From: Obrimoposthia wandeli
Taxonomy: Eukaryota
Direction of reading: 5' to 3'
Assembly (NCBI GenBank): GCA_977020255.1
Contig: CDROCS010001231.1
Coordinates: 124,001-176,096 of the forward strand
DNA length: 52,096 bases
Shown: in pieces, positions 20,901 to 32,900 of the stretch
Position numbering within the stretch: position 1 is the first letter of the stretch
Layout: each line of letters starts with the position of its first letter
Program-made: the position numbers and the translations under genes
Notes under the pieces: generated by a model
Seen by the model: only the letters and a program-made list of their open reading frames with translations
The model's database searches: none
Told to the model about the DNA's origin: nothing

Positions 20901-23281
20901 ACAATTTTGAAATACAACTACAATTTTTAGGATCATGATTTTGATTAAATAAATGTTGTTTGCAAGTTTTTGGACTTTTAACAGATGTGTTGGGTTGGGG
21001 TAGTGTCGGATTAAGACATGCGCTTTGGAGGCAGCAGCCCACGACCCTCCAGATATTATATGGCAGTTTTTTTCCCTAAAGCAATATATTGCTTTTAAAA
21101 CATTACTTTACTGTCAGTTCACGTCAACTATCAAGTGTTTTAAGAAAATGAAAGTTCTACAAAGTTGCTCACTTTATTTATTTTGTTTTATCGGCAGATT
21201 ATTTCGTTTTTAATTGACAAGCGGATAGTATATGCAGGTACGTTTGGGTAATAGTAGTTATCTATTATTATTTGATAGCATAAAATTGCGTAAAGCAAAT
21301 ATGTGAATTATACTTTTCTTACCAATTTATAAGTTTTTATTATTTTGTATTACACTGTCAAACTAGTATAATATGTCTGGTAAAATATTGAATTATTTGA
21401 TTATTGTTACGAGTTGATTGAATTTACCGTTGTCGTAAACAGAAGAAAACACCTTATATAATTCGACATATTATACAAAATAAGTAGCTGTATTGTAACA
21501 GCTTACAAAAACATTTTCTCAAAATATCAATTTAGTAATATTGTTATCATAATATCATATTCTTGCTTACCAAAATATTAAAAGAGGTATTTCTAACATT
21601 AACTTTTAGTAATCGGACGTTCAGATAGGATGTCTGCAGAAACTATAGCCCATGGACCTACAATATAATAATCCAGCCCTGTGTTCGGGACAAAAGCTAG
21701 CTACCGAAACCAGAAAATAAATCTGGGGTCTCTCTATTTGCAGGTCACGCATTCTATCCCAGAACTACCGTACATTGTAATTTCACCCGAATTTCTAAAT
21801 GGGGATTATGGACCTAAAATTATCAGTAACATATTTTATCAAATATAAATCTTTTAAATTGTAAAAATTAACAAAGCAAAAGGCGATACATATAAACTGT
21901 GGGGAGAAACTATGTCTCATTATTTTTTAAAATAATTTAATCTATAATTTTTTGAGTATTTAAAAATTATTCGAACTGCCTGGACTATATTATTCAGTAA
22001 TTTATTCCAATGCTATTGCAGATTTTCATGGTAAATGTAACAGTCAATTTCATTTATAAAAGTTTATTGTCCAAAACTGATTATACAAATCAAATGTCGG
22101 TTATTTGTAATACATATATTTCATGGGAGAGGCACAAAAGTATGTCTTTCTTCTGAGACGATTTTTTACACGATAGAAGATAATCAGAACACGAGCTAAT
22201 TGTGAAATAGGATACTATCCTCCTGATTGAATGTTATTTTATATTTATTAAGAGGAAATAATAATTACCCAAAAATTAACTATGGCCTATTGCAAAGTGA
22301 TATGTAGCTTTTGAATTTGTTATTGATTTTTATTTTAAGTCAATAGGTTATATTTATAATTACATAATAGCTCAAAGTGGAAGAGATCTAAATCAAATGG
22401 TGACAGGAAAGAACAAAATTCTTTCAACAATGAAGCTTTCGTTAAAAATGTCTCTCCGGTATTTTGATCACTTTATGAACTATCTTACTTTATGGTCATG
22501 TAATAATCTCAAAATATCAATTGCATGCTAGAAATGAAATTAACTTTCAAAATGATTTAATAAGTTGATTAAATGCCATATTGGCCTCACGTTCCAAAAT
22601 AACCATTCACCTTTACCATCTAAGAAATTAATTATTTTTTGGATGAACCCGTTTACTGTCACACTTCAAAATGCAGCTCATGTGGTTTAAATTTATAGAA
22701 GACTTTGAAGTATAGAAATCACGCAAATCCCTAGACTTTTAATCCTGTAAATAATACTCAAATCCATGCAGTTCCCTCTGCACCGAATGAGTCAACCAAG
22801 ATTTACATGAGGACGCTTTTAAAATATAAATAAAATACCTGATTTTAAAATTTTGTCATTGCCTACATTAACATGAGATTTTATTAATTTGGGAATAAAT
22901 TATTCATTATTCTAGCTTCCAAAGTAAATTTTTTAAACTGCCAGAACTAAGGTAACCTAGAATTGATCTTCAACTTGACTGTTATTTTGATTTTATAACA
23001 CCCCATGAAATTCAATAATAAAACTATTCGACGTTTTGTAGTAATATAGTAATGTAATCTAGAGAATAACAAATAAACAACATGTGCATGTGTAAACAAA
23101 TTTCAGGTAGAAAAGATTACATCATAGCTTGAGGGAGACAGAAATAAGTGTATAGAAACTAGGCATAAATAATCACTGACACACACAAATACAGCCAGTG
23201 ACCAGATTTAATACAAGTGCATCTGGTATTGCACTTGAATGTTTGGTGCACACATAATAAGCTCAGCACATACAAACATTG

Positions 23282-25797
23282 TCAATCCTTTTTATCAGCC
23301 TCATCATCTTCATCTAAAATAATTGTAAAGTCACCTGCAGCGTCTTCTTCGTCATCCTTCTCCTCTTCTCCATCATCCTTCTTTTCCTCTTCTCCATCAT
23401 CCTTCTTCTCCTCTTCTTCATCATCCAGCTCCAGAGTGAATGAACCCTCTGCAACATTATCCTCATCTTTCTCTACGCCTTCTTCTTTTTTATCAGTTTC
23501 TTTCTCTTTATTTTCTTTCTTTGTCTCATCTTCCTTTTTATCAGTTTCTTTATTTTTGTCATCTTCCTTTTCTTCAGCATCAGTTTCTTTCTCCTTATTT
23601 TTTTTCTTTGATTCATTTTCCATTTCTTCAGTTTCTTTTTCTGTCTTCTTATTTTCTATCTTTTCATCCTCTTTGTCATCACCTTCAGACTCTTTCTTCT
23701 TATCAGAACTCGTTTCTTTATCATCGGCATCATCGTCTGTTTTCTTTTCTGTTTCTTCTTCATCATCAAGTTCCAGAGTAAAAGAATCTTCAACATCGTT
23801 CTCTTCATCTTTTTTAGTTTCTTTTTTCTCATCTTCTGACTTTTCTGTCTCCCCTTCCTTATTTTCAGACTTATCACTTTTAGTCTTTTTGTCCTTTTTC
23901 TTCTTTTCCTTGGGTTTTTTAGTTTCTTCTTTTTTACCTTTATCTTCCTTTTCTTCATCTTTAGTTTCTTTTTTCTCCTCTTCTTCCTCCTCTTCATCTT
24001 CCTCTTCTTCGCTATCATCATCCTCGTCTTCTTCAGAATCTCCTTTTTCTTTCTTATCATCATCTTCGATATTTTCTTTGTTTTCTTCCGATTCTTCGGA
24101 TTTTTGACTCTAAAAATAAAGATGTGATTATTGGCTTTCATAGAAAACATTAGAAATAAGTACGTACGGGTGCAGGAACAGGTCAAGCAATTGCATTCGC
24201 ATAATTACAATCTAAATAATTGAAACATGCAAATTCGAGTTCAACACGAAATGACATAAACTTTTTCCTGTAGATTACCTTCTTTTCTTTCGCGTTCTTT
24301 TTCTGAATGGAAATTAGTTTTGACAGTTAAACATAAAAATTGTAAATTAATACATCACATTACAAAAGGAACAAGTGAAATAAATATAAAATCAATTTCG
24401 CGCACTCCGATGCGATTTATGGGGTCCTTCAAAAAGTAAAAGTTATTTTTTAATAAATTATATAATGAACTGTAAAAGTTTTAATAAAAATTGTAATTTG
24501 TGTAATTTATTAAAAATATTTTTTTCAACGATTATGCTCAAAATAAAATTAATTTTTATAATCAAAACCTATTTCAAAACGGGAAAAATTTTACAAGTGT
24601 TATCATTTGATTCTGGTGCGGGAAAATAAAATGGGTCATTGGTAAGAGATATTTATGGTTTTTATTTAGCTGAGGAAACATGTAGTTTTTCTCCTGCTCT
24701 AGAGAAATGTGTAAATTATCTTTCGGAAATATTTATTGAATTAGAAAAACCGACCCCGACCTTAACGGCTCGACAAGAATTATCCCGGGTGTGTATCGAA
24801 TTGGAAGAGTTTTCAAAATCCCAGAATCAGAAATCAGAAACGTCTTATAAAATGCAATAATATGTTAGTTGAGACCTTAACATCTGCACTACGACGTTTG
24901 CTTCATCTCCAAAATTGGGTGCAAAGTTTCTAAAAATAGATTTTTCGCGAATAGAAGTGTGAAATGACGACTAAATAATATTTTCTGGAATTTCCCTTAT
25001 AGATTCTTAATTTATGAACTGTTAGCTTCTATTTGAGCTATAACGGACCTCAAGACGGAAATCGGTTCTTTATGAAAATGAGAACGAAAGAAGGAAAGAT
25101 CAATAATATTTCGGTTTTATTACATTACACAGATATTTGTGGGGTTTTAGAGTGTCTAACTGAATGTTGGGGAACTATTTTAACTATACAGTCCCATATA
25201 CTAATTCAGTCAACATCAAATCAAAAATACTCCGAGATTTTGGGTTTCGATCTCCTCGAGTTCCCTTTTTGAGGCACATGAGGATAATTGGTCCTCAGCT
25301 AATCTGAGTACTAATATATAGATTAAATACGAATGAAAATAACAGTTCACAACTATTAGTATTGGCGCAAAATATTTCCAGGGAGAATATGAAGGATTTC
25401 TATTGCGTACCTCTTCCGCTCCGGGGATCTTGAGAAGCACCTCCACATCTTCAGATTCATTGGCCACTGACATGTCTTCGAAGTCCTGACAAAAGAAATT
25501 CATTCAATTCACTGCAAATCCAGTAAAGTACCCCAATATATTCGTCGTCGAGAAAAACATAAGGCGGCAGAGCTTTTGGATTTACACTGCGGATTTTCTT
25601 TAGCACAGTGTCCTTTGTTTCCTGATTGTTTACAAAGCAAATATCAATTTCTGTAAATTCGATTTTACGACCACAAAAAATCATCCTCAACAAGTCTTGT
25701 TTCTTCTTTATCTAAAAGAAAAATAAATATGGAAAAGAATTGGGATACAAACCATTTGATTGCCCGATGTACTTGATACATACACTTTGATACTCAT
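23282..25797 (-). CDS. SH3BGR: SH3BGR-family (glutaredoxin-fold) protein with long Glu/Lys/Asp-rich C-terminal tail
   Basis: Exons 25797-25753 (MSIKVYVSSTSGNQM), 25711-25532 (IKKKQD...EIDI...LPPYVFLDDEYIG), 25485-25411 (DFEDM...), probable 24302-24279 and 24109-23282 (275 aa acidic, stop TGA). All phase 0 with GT-AG. N-terminal domain is firm; joining of the tail exons is inferred. Confidence 0.8.
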
Positions 25798-28700
25798 GTT
25801 TGGTGTTAGAATAGTTGATTTTATTTTAAACGGGAAATTTCTAATTATAATTTTTTTTAATTATAATGAAAAATATGATAATATCTAAATAGACACTGCA
25901 CATGAGTATTAAAATATGTTTACAAAAGAATTTAAACAATCAAGCAGTCGGTATTTTTTATAATTTTCATTTTGAATTCATATTTTCAGGTTAGTTAGAT
26001 TTATAATAAAACATATCCATTTCCTAAAATTTAAGGTGGTCAATTTAAATTTTAAAATTATAGTAAATATTAGGAAACTTCTTTTTAACTGCCGAGGGAA
26101 AATCTAATAATTTTTGTCAATTGACTTTTATAAATATTAAAATTTGAGTTGAGAACATTTTCTAAACAAACTAAATATTGTATTTTCTTGATAAACTTTA
26201 AACGAAACATTTACAAATTATCAAACCCAAATGACATCTTTTAATTATAGAAAATTTAATATTACAGTAGAGTAAAAATATAAAGTACATTATTTTAAAT
26301 CGGTATAAATTTTTCCTAATAATATGAAATTTTTTAGATTAAAATAAATATATTTGATAAAAATCTAAATGTAAATTTTTCAACAAAAAAATTTTAAAAC
26401 TTACATTTAAAGTTATAAGTACTTTTTAAATAAAGTATGTATAATAATTTTAAATAAAAATTAAACAATGATTTTTTTCAATGCCTATATTATTTTGAAC
26501 TATTTTGACAATTAAGTTAAAAGTAATCTAAACTTTAATATAAATATTTCAAACATTTTGACTAAACTGTTCCCTAAATTAGTCAATTGTTATAATTCAT
26601 ATATCAAATAGAAATTTTTAAAGTCTACTTTTCGTCCCATTGGCAGTGTATTTAAAAGAGTATAATGAAGTGGTTTATATTCTATTTAAAATGTGACATA
26701 GAAGTTATAGGAATATTTTATTATTAATTTGCAAAAACATACATAAATTTTAAAGTTTTCTTAAAAAAATCTTAATTTTAATAAAATTTTACTAACCTTA
26801 AAAAAAGTATTTTAAAAAAATCATTTTTATGCAAGCAATTCAAATGAGATAAAATTATTTACGTCAATTTTAATTATATTCCATGTTCGTATGCTATCCA
26901 GACATATAGAAATAAAAAAAATTGAAATTAGTTAACCTTGATAAGTATATTTTAATAAATACAATTATATTTAAATTGTTGTTATTTATATATTGAAAAT
27001 ATTATATTATTGATGTTATTAAACAAAGGATAACACGTTTTTTCTAAATTATTCCGTTAGATTTATTTTATTTTGAAAATTAATTCACTTTAATCAAAAA
27101 TTAAATAAAAATAATTGTATTTGCTTTAGATGAAACTTTAAATTTTTCTTTTTTTACAATTATTTACTATAAATATTACAGAAAAATTGGTTTAGAATAA
27201 TTACTTGAAAACGGTTGTTTGAGATTGTTTTAAAAATATATTGCGGTTTTTTAATTTGTCATTCTGACGCAATCTTTAAAAAATGGTGTCATCAGGAAAT
27301 TGGGTAAAATATCTTTAAGATTAGTGGCTAATGCCAGATCGCTTTCGGCTACCTATCTTATTATCCAGATTTGTTCATGTGAATTAATGATATAACAGAT
27401 TCTTTATTCTTGAACTTCATTTTTTAATTGATTTCTTTTCTTCTGTACCAATCGGACAAATCCAATCCTTCAAGTTCAATTTAATTTCCATCGAAACCCG
27501 TAGGATCACCCGTCATTAATGGTTAGAGTTTGATGGGATTTATCTTCATCGTCAGAATTTTCATATGTTTCAAGTTAAACTTAGAAACACATCAATTGAT
27601 CAAATTTTGATGAAATGTACTTTGGAGTACATTTCATAATGTGATTCAGCAACATCACGTGCCATTTAAATTAGCCAATTTGCCGAAGGGCTTATGAGTG
27701 TGTTTTTGCAAATGACTGGCTATATAATAGCCAGATAACAGTCGATTAAATCAAAGTTGTAAATGGATTTGTATCTTAGTTTATGAAAATAAAAAATAAT
27801 TGATGGAGTTTGGTAAATTTGCAAAGCATTTCGATGGTGAAATCCTTCCTGATATTACTGAAGCAAAAAAAGCAATGATTCAAATGAATTTAAATAGCAT
27901 CGATAATTGTAGTATCTATGTCAAGTTAAAATCATTTCTCTTCATCATTTATTATATCAAAAATATATCTATTATTATAAGACAAAATAACTTAACTCAT
28001 ATTTTCTGATTTTATTATTATACGAAAGATAATATGTTGGGCAATATCAACAATTGTAATTTTTACTTGAAATTATTCGATAAATAAAATTAGTGACCAG
28101 CGTTGTTTAAACGCCACACATTTTAATGTGTCATTATGAACATATAACTGCATATTTTTCCCAGTGAATTACTAAGAACATGTCAGCAAATAATTATATT
28201 TCCATCCAATATAATAATGATATCTAACAGATAGTACATGTTACACACTTTGTGGTATCAGAATTTCAGTAGGGTAGGTTGAAGTAAAAACGAAACCAGA
28301 ATTAAACAACTCTAAACTATCTAAATAAATATAATATTTTTAGTAAATATTTCAAATATTTGTGTTAAATAAATACTGAATATTTATTGGGTTTAAATTA
28401 AAATTGATTTGCCAACTGTTGCGTATAAGTAATACTAGGCGCTAATTGGTCCATAAAGGTTTTCTTACAATTAAATGGTTTTCTTAAATGTTCTCCTTTT
28501 ATAGTTTTGTTTACTAAGAATTTTTTTAAAAACTTTAATTATAATGCAAAAAGCAATTTCGGCCTTTTGCAAATACAAAATGTTTACCTATTAATGTGAA
28601 AGAAATAGTTAACGCTGTGCTTTTTCGTGTTTATCAAGTGTTAGCTCAAAACAGTCATTTATTTATCTTGAAGTTTGTTCTTTTATAATTAGTAAATTTT

Positions 28701-29974
28701 GAAATATTTCAGTGTTTAAGCTTAGTTGGTTATCACTTTGTTAAACACATGCATTGATGCATACAATACAAAATCATAACTTTGAGTCTAATCAGTCGTT
28801 TTTAAGTGATCACTGATCAGCCAGTTCCCAGCCATCTCGAAATTGTACGTTTAACACCACAATGGAGTTTTAAAGGTGCCTTTAATTGTCGTTCAAAAGT
28901 TGAAATGTATTCCAATCCTTCAACATTTGTATAAAATAATATGACAGCTCTAAATAGAATTTATACGATTGAATCATGAAAATTAAATTCAAGCTATACC
29001 GTAAAAAAATGTAACGAATAATCAGCGTTCCATACATATATGTATTGCCGATTTTAAAATATCAGTGTTACATAACATGTTTTCTTCATTTAATATAATC
29101 ACAGGCATGATAACCAAATCGGTGTTACGGTAAATACATAACTACTGCAGTAAGAGTAAGTTACGCTATTTTTATAAAACTTTTATAAATTAAACTATTT
29201 TTGTCTCATTTTATGGAACATCGCACGTAGTTGTTTTAATAACTGAAGTCAATTTAAATATTTATCAAACTGGTTGTGCCTTAGGGTTTGTTTTATCAGT
29301 ATTTTTGTTTTCAGTTACTTTTTAATTCTATATTGCATTTATTCGTTATTTGATGACAAGGAATTTGTTGAGTTAATTTTGATTTATAAATAATTAAATC
29401 CGATAAAACGCATCAATTATAAATTGAAGAAAAAAACTTAAAGTACTATTGTAATATGTGACGAAATTCTTTTTCTAGTCAAGTTACAGAATTTCAAAGT
29501 TTTAGGTGACTAATGACCATCAAAGGGTTAACGAGACATTATTTCAACAAAATTTATAAATAAATTCATGTTCAAAGTGTTAACATTTCTGTAATGACAG
29601 ATAATCTTGTCAAGTGTTGAGGAACTTGGTAACAGTAACCCTTCTCTAAGTGATCCTGTAAACGTCAAATGTTTTTACAAATATTATTTTATCATCAAAT
29701 TATATTCTAAAACTAAATCATTTAAAAAATCCCATTCATTGGATTGAATGATTATTTAATTCTAAAAAATTGAGAATGAAAATGAATCTGCTAATATCAG
29801 TAGATAAAAGTCAACATAAACGGACATATATTTTAGAATCAGCATAAGTCTAGCCCTCTCTCAGTACGAAGGAAAATGTCGTCAGTGGAAAAGAGTCATT
29901 GTGAGTGTATAATGATAGTCCAGCAGTGTCTGAGCAGCATGTATAGGATATGCTGTTTTAACTGTTAGAGCCGT

Positions 29975-32900
29975 CTAGCGGGGATAATATGGGTTGTAGC
30001 CAGGGTAGTATGGCTGTTGCTGCTGCTGCTGAGGGGGCTGTTGCTGCCCGTATGGAGGTTGCTGTTGGTAGGGCGGCTGGCTGGGTGGATATCCCATCAT
30101 ACCTCCAGGAGGCATGTAACCCCCCATTGGCGGCGGCATATACATCTGGGGTACTCCCGGCATGTACGGCTGCGGCATTTCTATAAGACACACCGATTAA
30201 TAGATACATACACACTCACAGTATAGGATATTGTATCGGTATGATAATTTACAGAGTACCATGAAAATAAATTTTTTAAGGGATAGTCATGCACACTGAT
30301 AACCACAAAAATAATTTTAATGCCAAATTAAGTCCTAAAAATTGTAAATTATGATTTTCTTTAAAAAGCCATTGATAATACTTTTATTCTTATTTTATTA
30401 AATTATCACTATATTGTAAAATCTCTAAATTTCCTATTACGGGCACTTGAAGTTCTTCTTAAAAAAATAATGCATATTATAATTATCTGTGTATAGTAAA
30501 AAACTTAGATAATTAAAAAAATCCTCAAAAGATAAGGTAACATATATTTATTTAAAGCAGGAATATAATGATGAAGAATTATTTTTCAAATACGAATCCA
30601 CAACATTGTTTTACAAAATCCTGAGATTTTAATTTGATTGTAAAGAATTTTTGTAGCCTGGGTTACAAAAATGCTTCAAAATATATCCTAAATAAGAAAG
30701 TATTCAACATTATTTCAAAATTAAATTCTTAAAATGTCTCATACAAAAATACGACTTGTTATATAATTTGCATTGTAAGCTTCACATATTCCGTCTTCTA
30801 GTTTTTGGAAAAGCTTTCCCTGATGGAAGTTTTCATTTATCATGGTCATATAATTGGATCTTTCCATCAAATGATTTCGTATCTTTCCTGAATGATTAGA
30901 ATCTAAATTAAATATATTATAAAGCCATTTATAGAGTGGATAACACGCAGTTATGAGAACAAAGAGATTAAGATTGCAAAGATAAAAAACATTGATGCAA
31001 AAACGGATACTTACGATATGGATTCGGAGCATACGGCATGTTGGGAGATGGTCCCTGTTGCTGGTGTGGATTCATTTGTGGAGCATTGGAAGCTGAACAG
31101 AAAATAAGTGGATAGTATATAAATTCATATTATAACAATAAAAACATTTGATAGATCCCTACTCACGCCAGCATTTATTTGGTTTTTAATCCCCACAAAA
31201 ATACAAATTACAGTCACAGTAAAAAGTAAATATTCAAACTTGAATACTTTGGCTTAGATGAAAATTAGTGAGAAACTTTAATGAAAAATAGTTAAGCTTA
31301 TGAGGGCAAGTGAAAAAATTGAAAAATTCGTTACATTTTAAGTTAATCTCTTAGTTCCCTATTAGACACCATAACTCGAACATCATAAACTATTAAACAC
31401 ACTGTTCCGAATATTTCAAATATTGTTGTCCAGAGTTCAATTCAATACTAGTTTCCAGTTTTTATGGAGTCAGAAATGGGGCACTAAAATGCATTCAGAA
31501 ATTTATCTTCTTACACTTCAACTATCGTCGATACATTGCAAAATCGGCATGGGAGATTTTAAAGAGATTTATCAATGTCAGATATTCCAGTTTAGCTTGC
31601 AGAGATTTTCGTCTTGATAATTTTTATGCGGCATGGGAAGTTTGCTGTATAGTTTACCGAGTCTACAAAAATAAAAAACGGCATTTCGGAACTGAATTTG
31701 TCTATAAACATTTTATAATTTGATGCACCACTTTCATCAAAATTAATATTTAAATATATAGTTCTATGAAGAACAAATTAACTTGACCTTGAAAGAGCAT
31801 ATGGAACAGTAAATGATCAAAAAAGAATTGTAAGAAATTTCAGAGAATCTTCAACAAAATTGACGGTTTTAATTATTATTTTTGAATAAGTAACACCGGT
31901 ATTACTTGCTGATATAAGTATCAAAACTCTGGTTTAAAAATCTTATTAGTACTGGAAGCTAGTCATAATTTGTTATATTTGAATTCATATTAAATACACT
32001 ATTTCAATAAAATATACATTGACTCTCAAGTAAACTGAATTGAGAAGAAATTTTGACGTGACATTTGTCGAATGGAAAGGCAAGATTTATGTAAAAGATT
32101 ATGATGATAGAGTTTTAAAGAAAAATCACCGAGCATCCGAAAAGGGTACCACTATTGTAATTTTTTGACATAAGCTGGAATTCCCGAGGCACGGAAAAGC
32201 CTTAAGGAAATAATTTGGCAAAATGTTTTCATAAATTTTACCAATCTTCAATGAAATCAAAGCGTTTGAGTTTGAATATTTACCGTTTTAACACTTCACG
32301 ATTTAGTGCATATTTAGTGGTAAAACAGGAATGATTCGTCAACCCAGGAACATTGACGAGTAAAACATTCTACATATTGACTTCAGTACATTTAAGCAAA
32401 AAGAGAAGATGTGTATCCTGTGAATACGAAAATTGTGGGTACAATACATACTATAATCATACAAAACCAAACTAGAGTACATGAATAGCAAGGTTCAATG
32501 CCCAAACTTGATCTGAGTTTCTATTAGGTTTAAAAATCAAACCCGCGACAGACCTTGAGTTTGAATTCCAGGTGGTTGATAGGTTGGTGCAGGTCTCTGT
32601 GGAGGTTGATCTGAAATATATAGAGGTTACTTTACAAAAGAAGATATATATAAAAAAACTATTTCAATATTTAATTGCGTGTTTATTTATTTAAGTTAAG
32701 AACTGCAACGAATGCAACCCAATTTTAAGCTTAATAATTATAAAAGTATTTTTTAACAAATATATTATTCTCAATAAATTTTGTGAGCTATACTTAACTT
32801 CAAAAAAAACAATATTTATATTACTGTTTCAGATCAATATGTTAACATTTTCCTTGACAATTGTTAAAGTATTTTTTAATTATGAAGAGTTGTGATTCCA

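Larger units (their letters stand above)
6902..20983 (+). mobile_element. Full-length Ty3/gypsy (Metaviridae-like) LTR retrotransposon with env-like and accessory ORFs, 14,082 bp
   Basis: Two ~1.18-kb direct repeats with TGTT...AACA termini, 4-bp TSD GATG (6898-6901 and 20984-20987), PBS, PPT-like tract, domain order PR-RT-RH-IN. Confidence 0.97.
19803..20983 (+). repeat. 3' LTR (1181 bp)
   Basis: Near-identical copy of 6902-8080, followed by TSD GATG. Confidence 0.97.

Noticed and set aside
23217-24107. 296-aa Ser/Phe-rich + strand ORF and other overlapping ORFs
   Set aside because: Antisense or alternative-frame shadows of the E/K/D-rich minus-strand exon.
29958-30226. Separate small proline-rich gene
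   Set aside because: Splice phases link it through exons at 31092-31015 and 32610-32554 to ALIX; it is the ALIX proline-rich tail.
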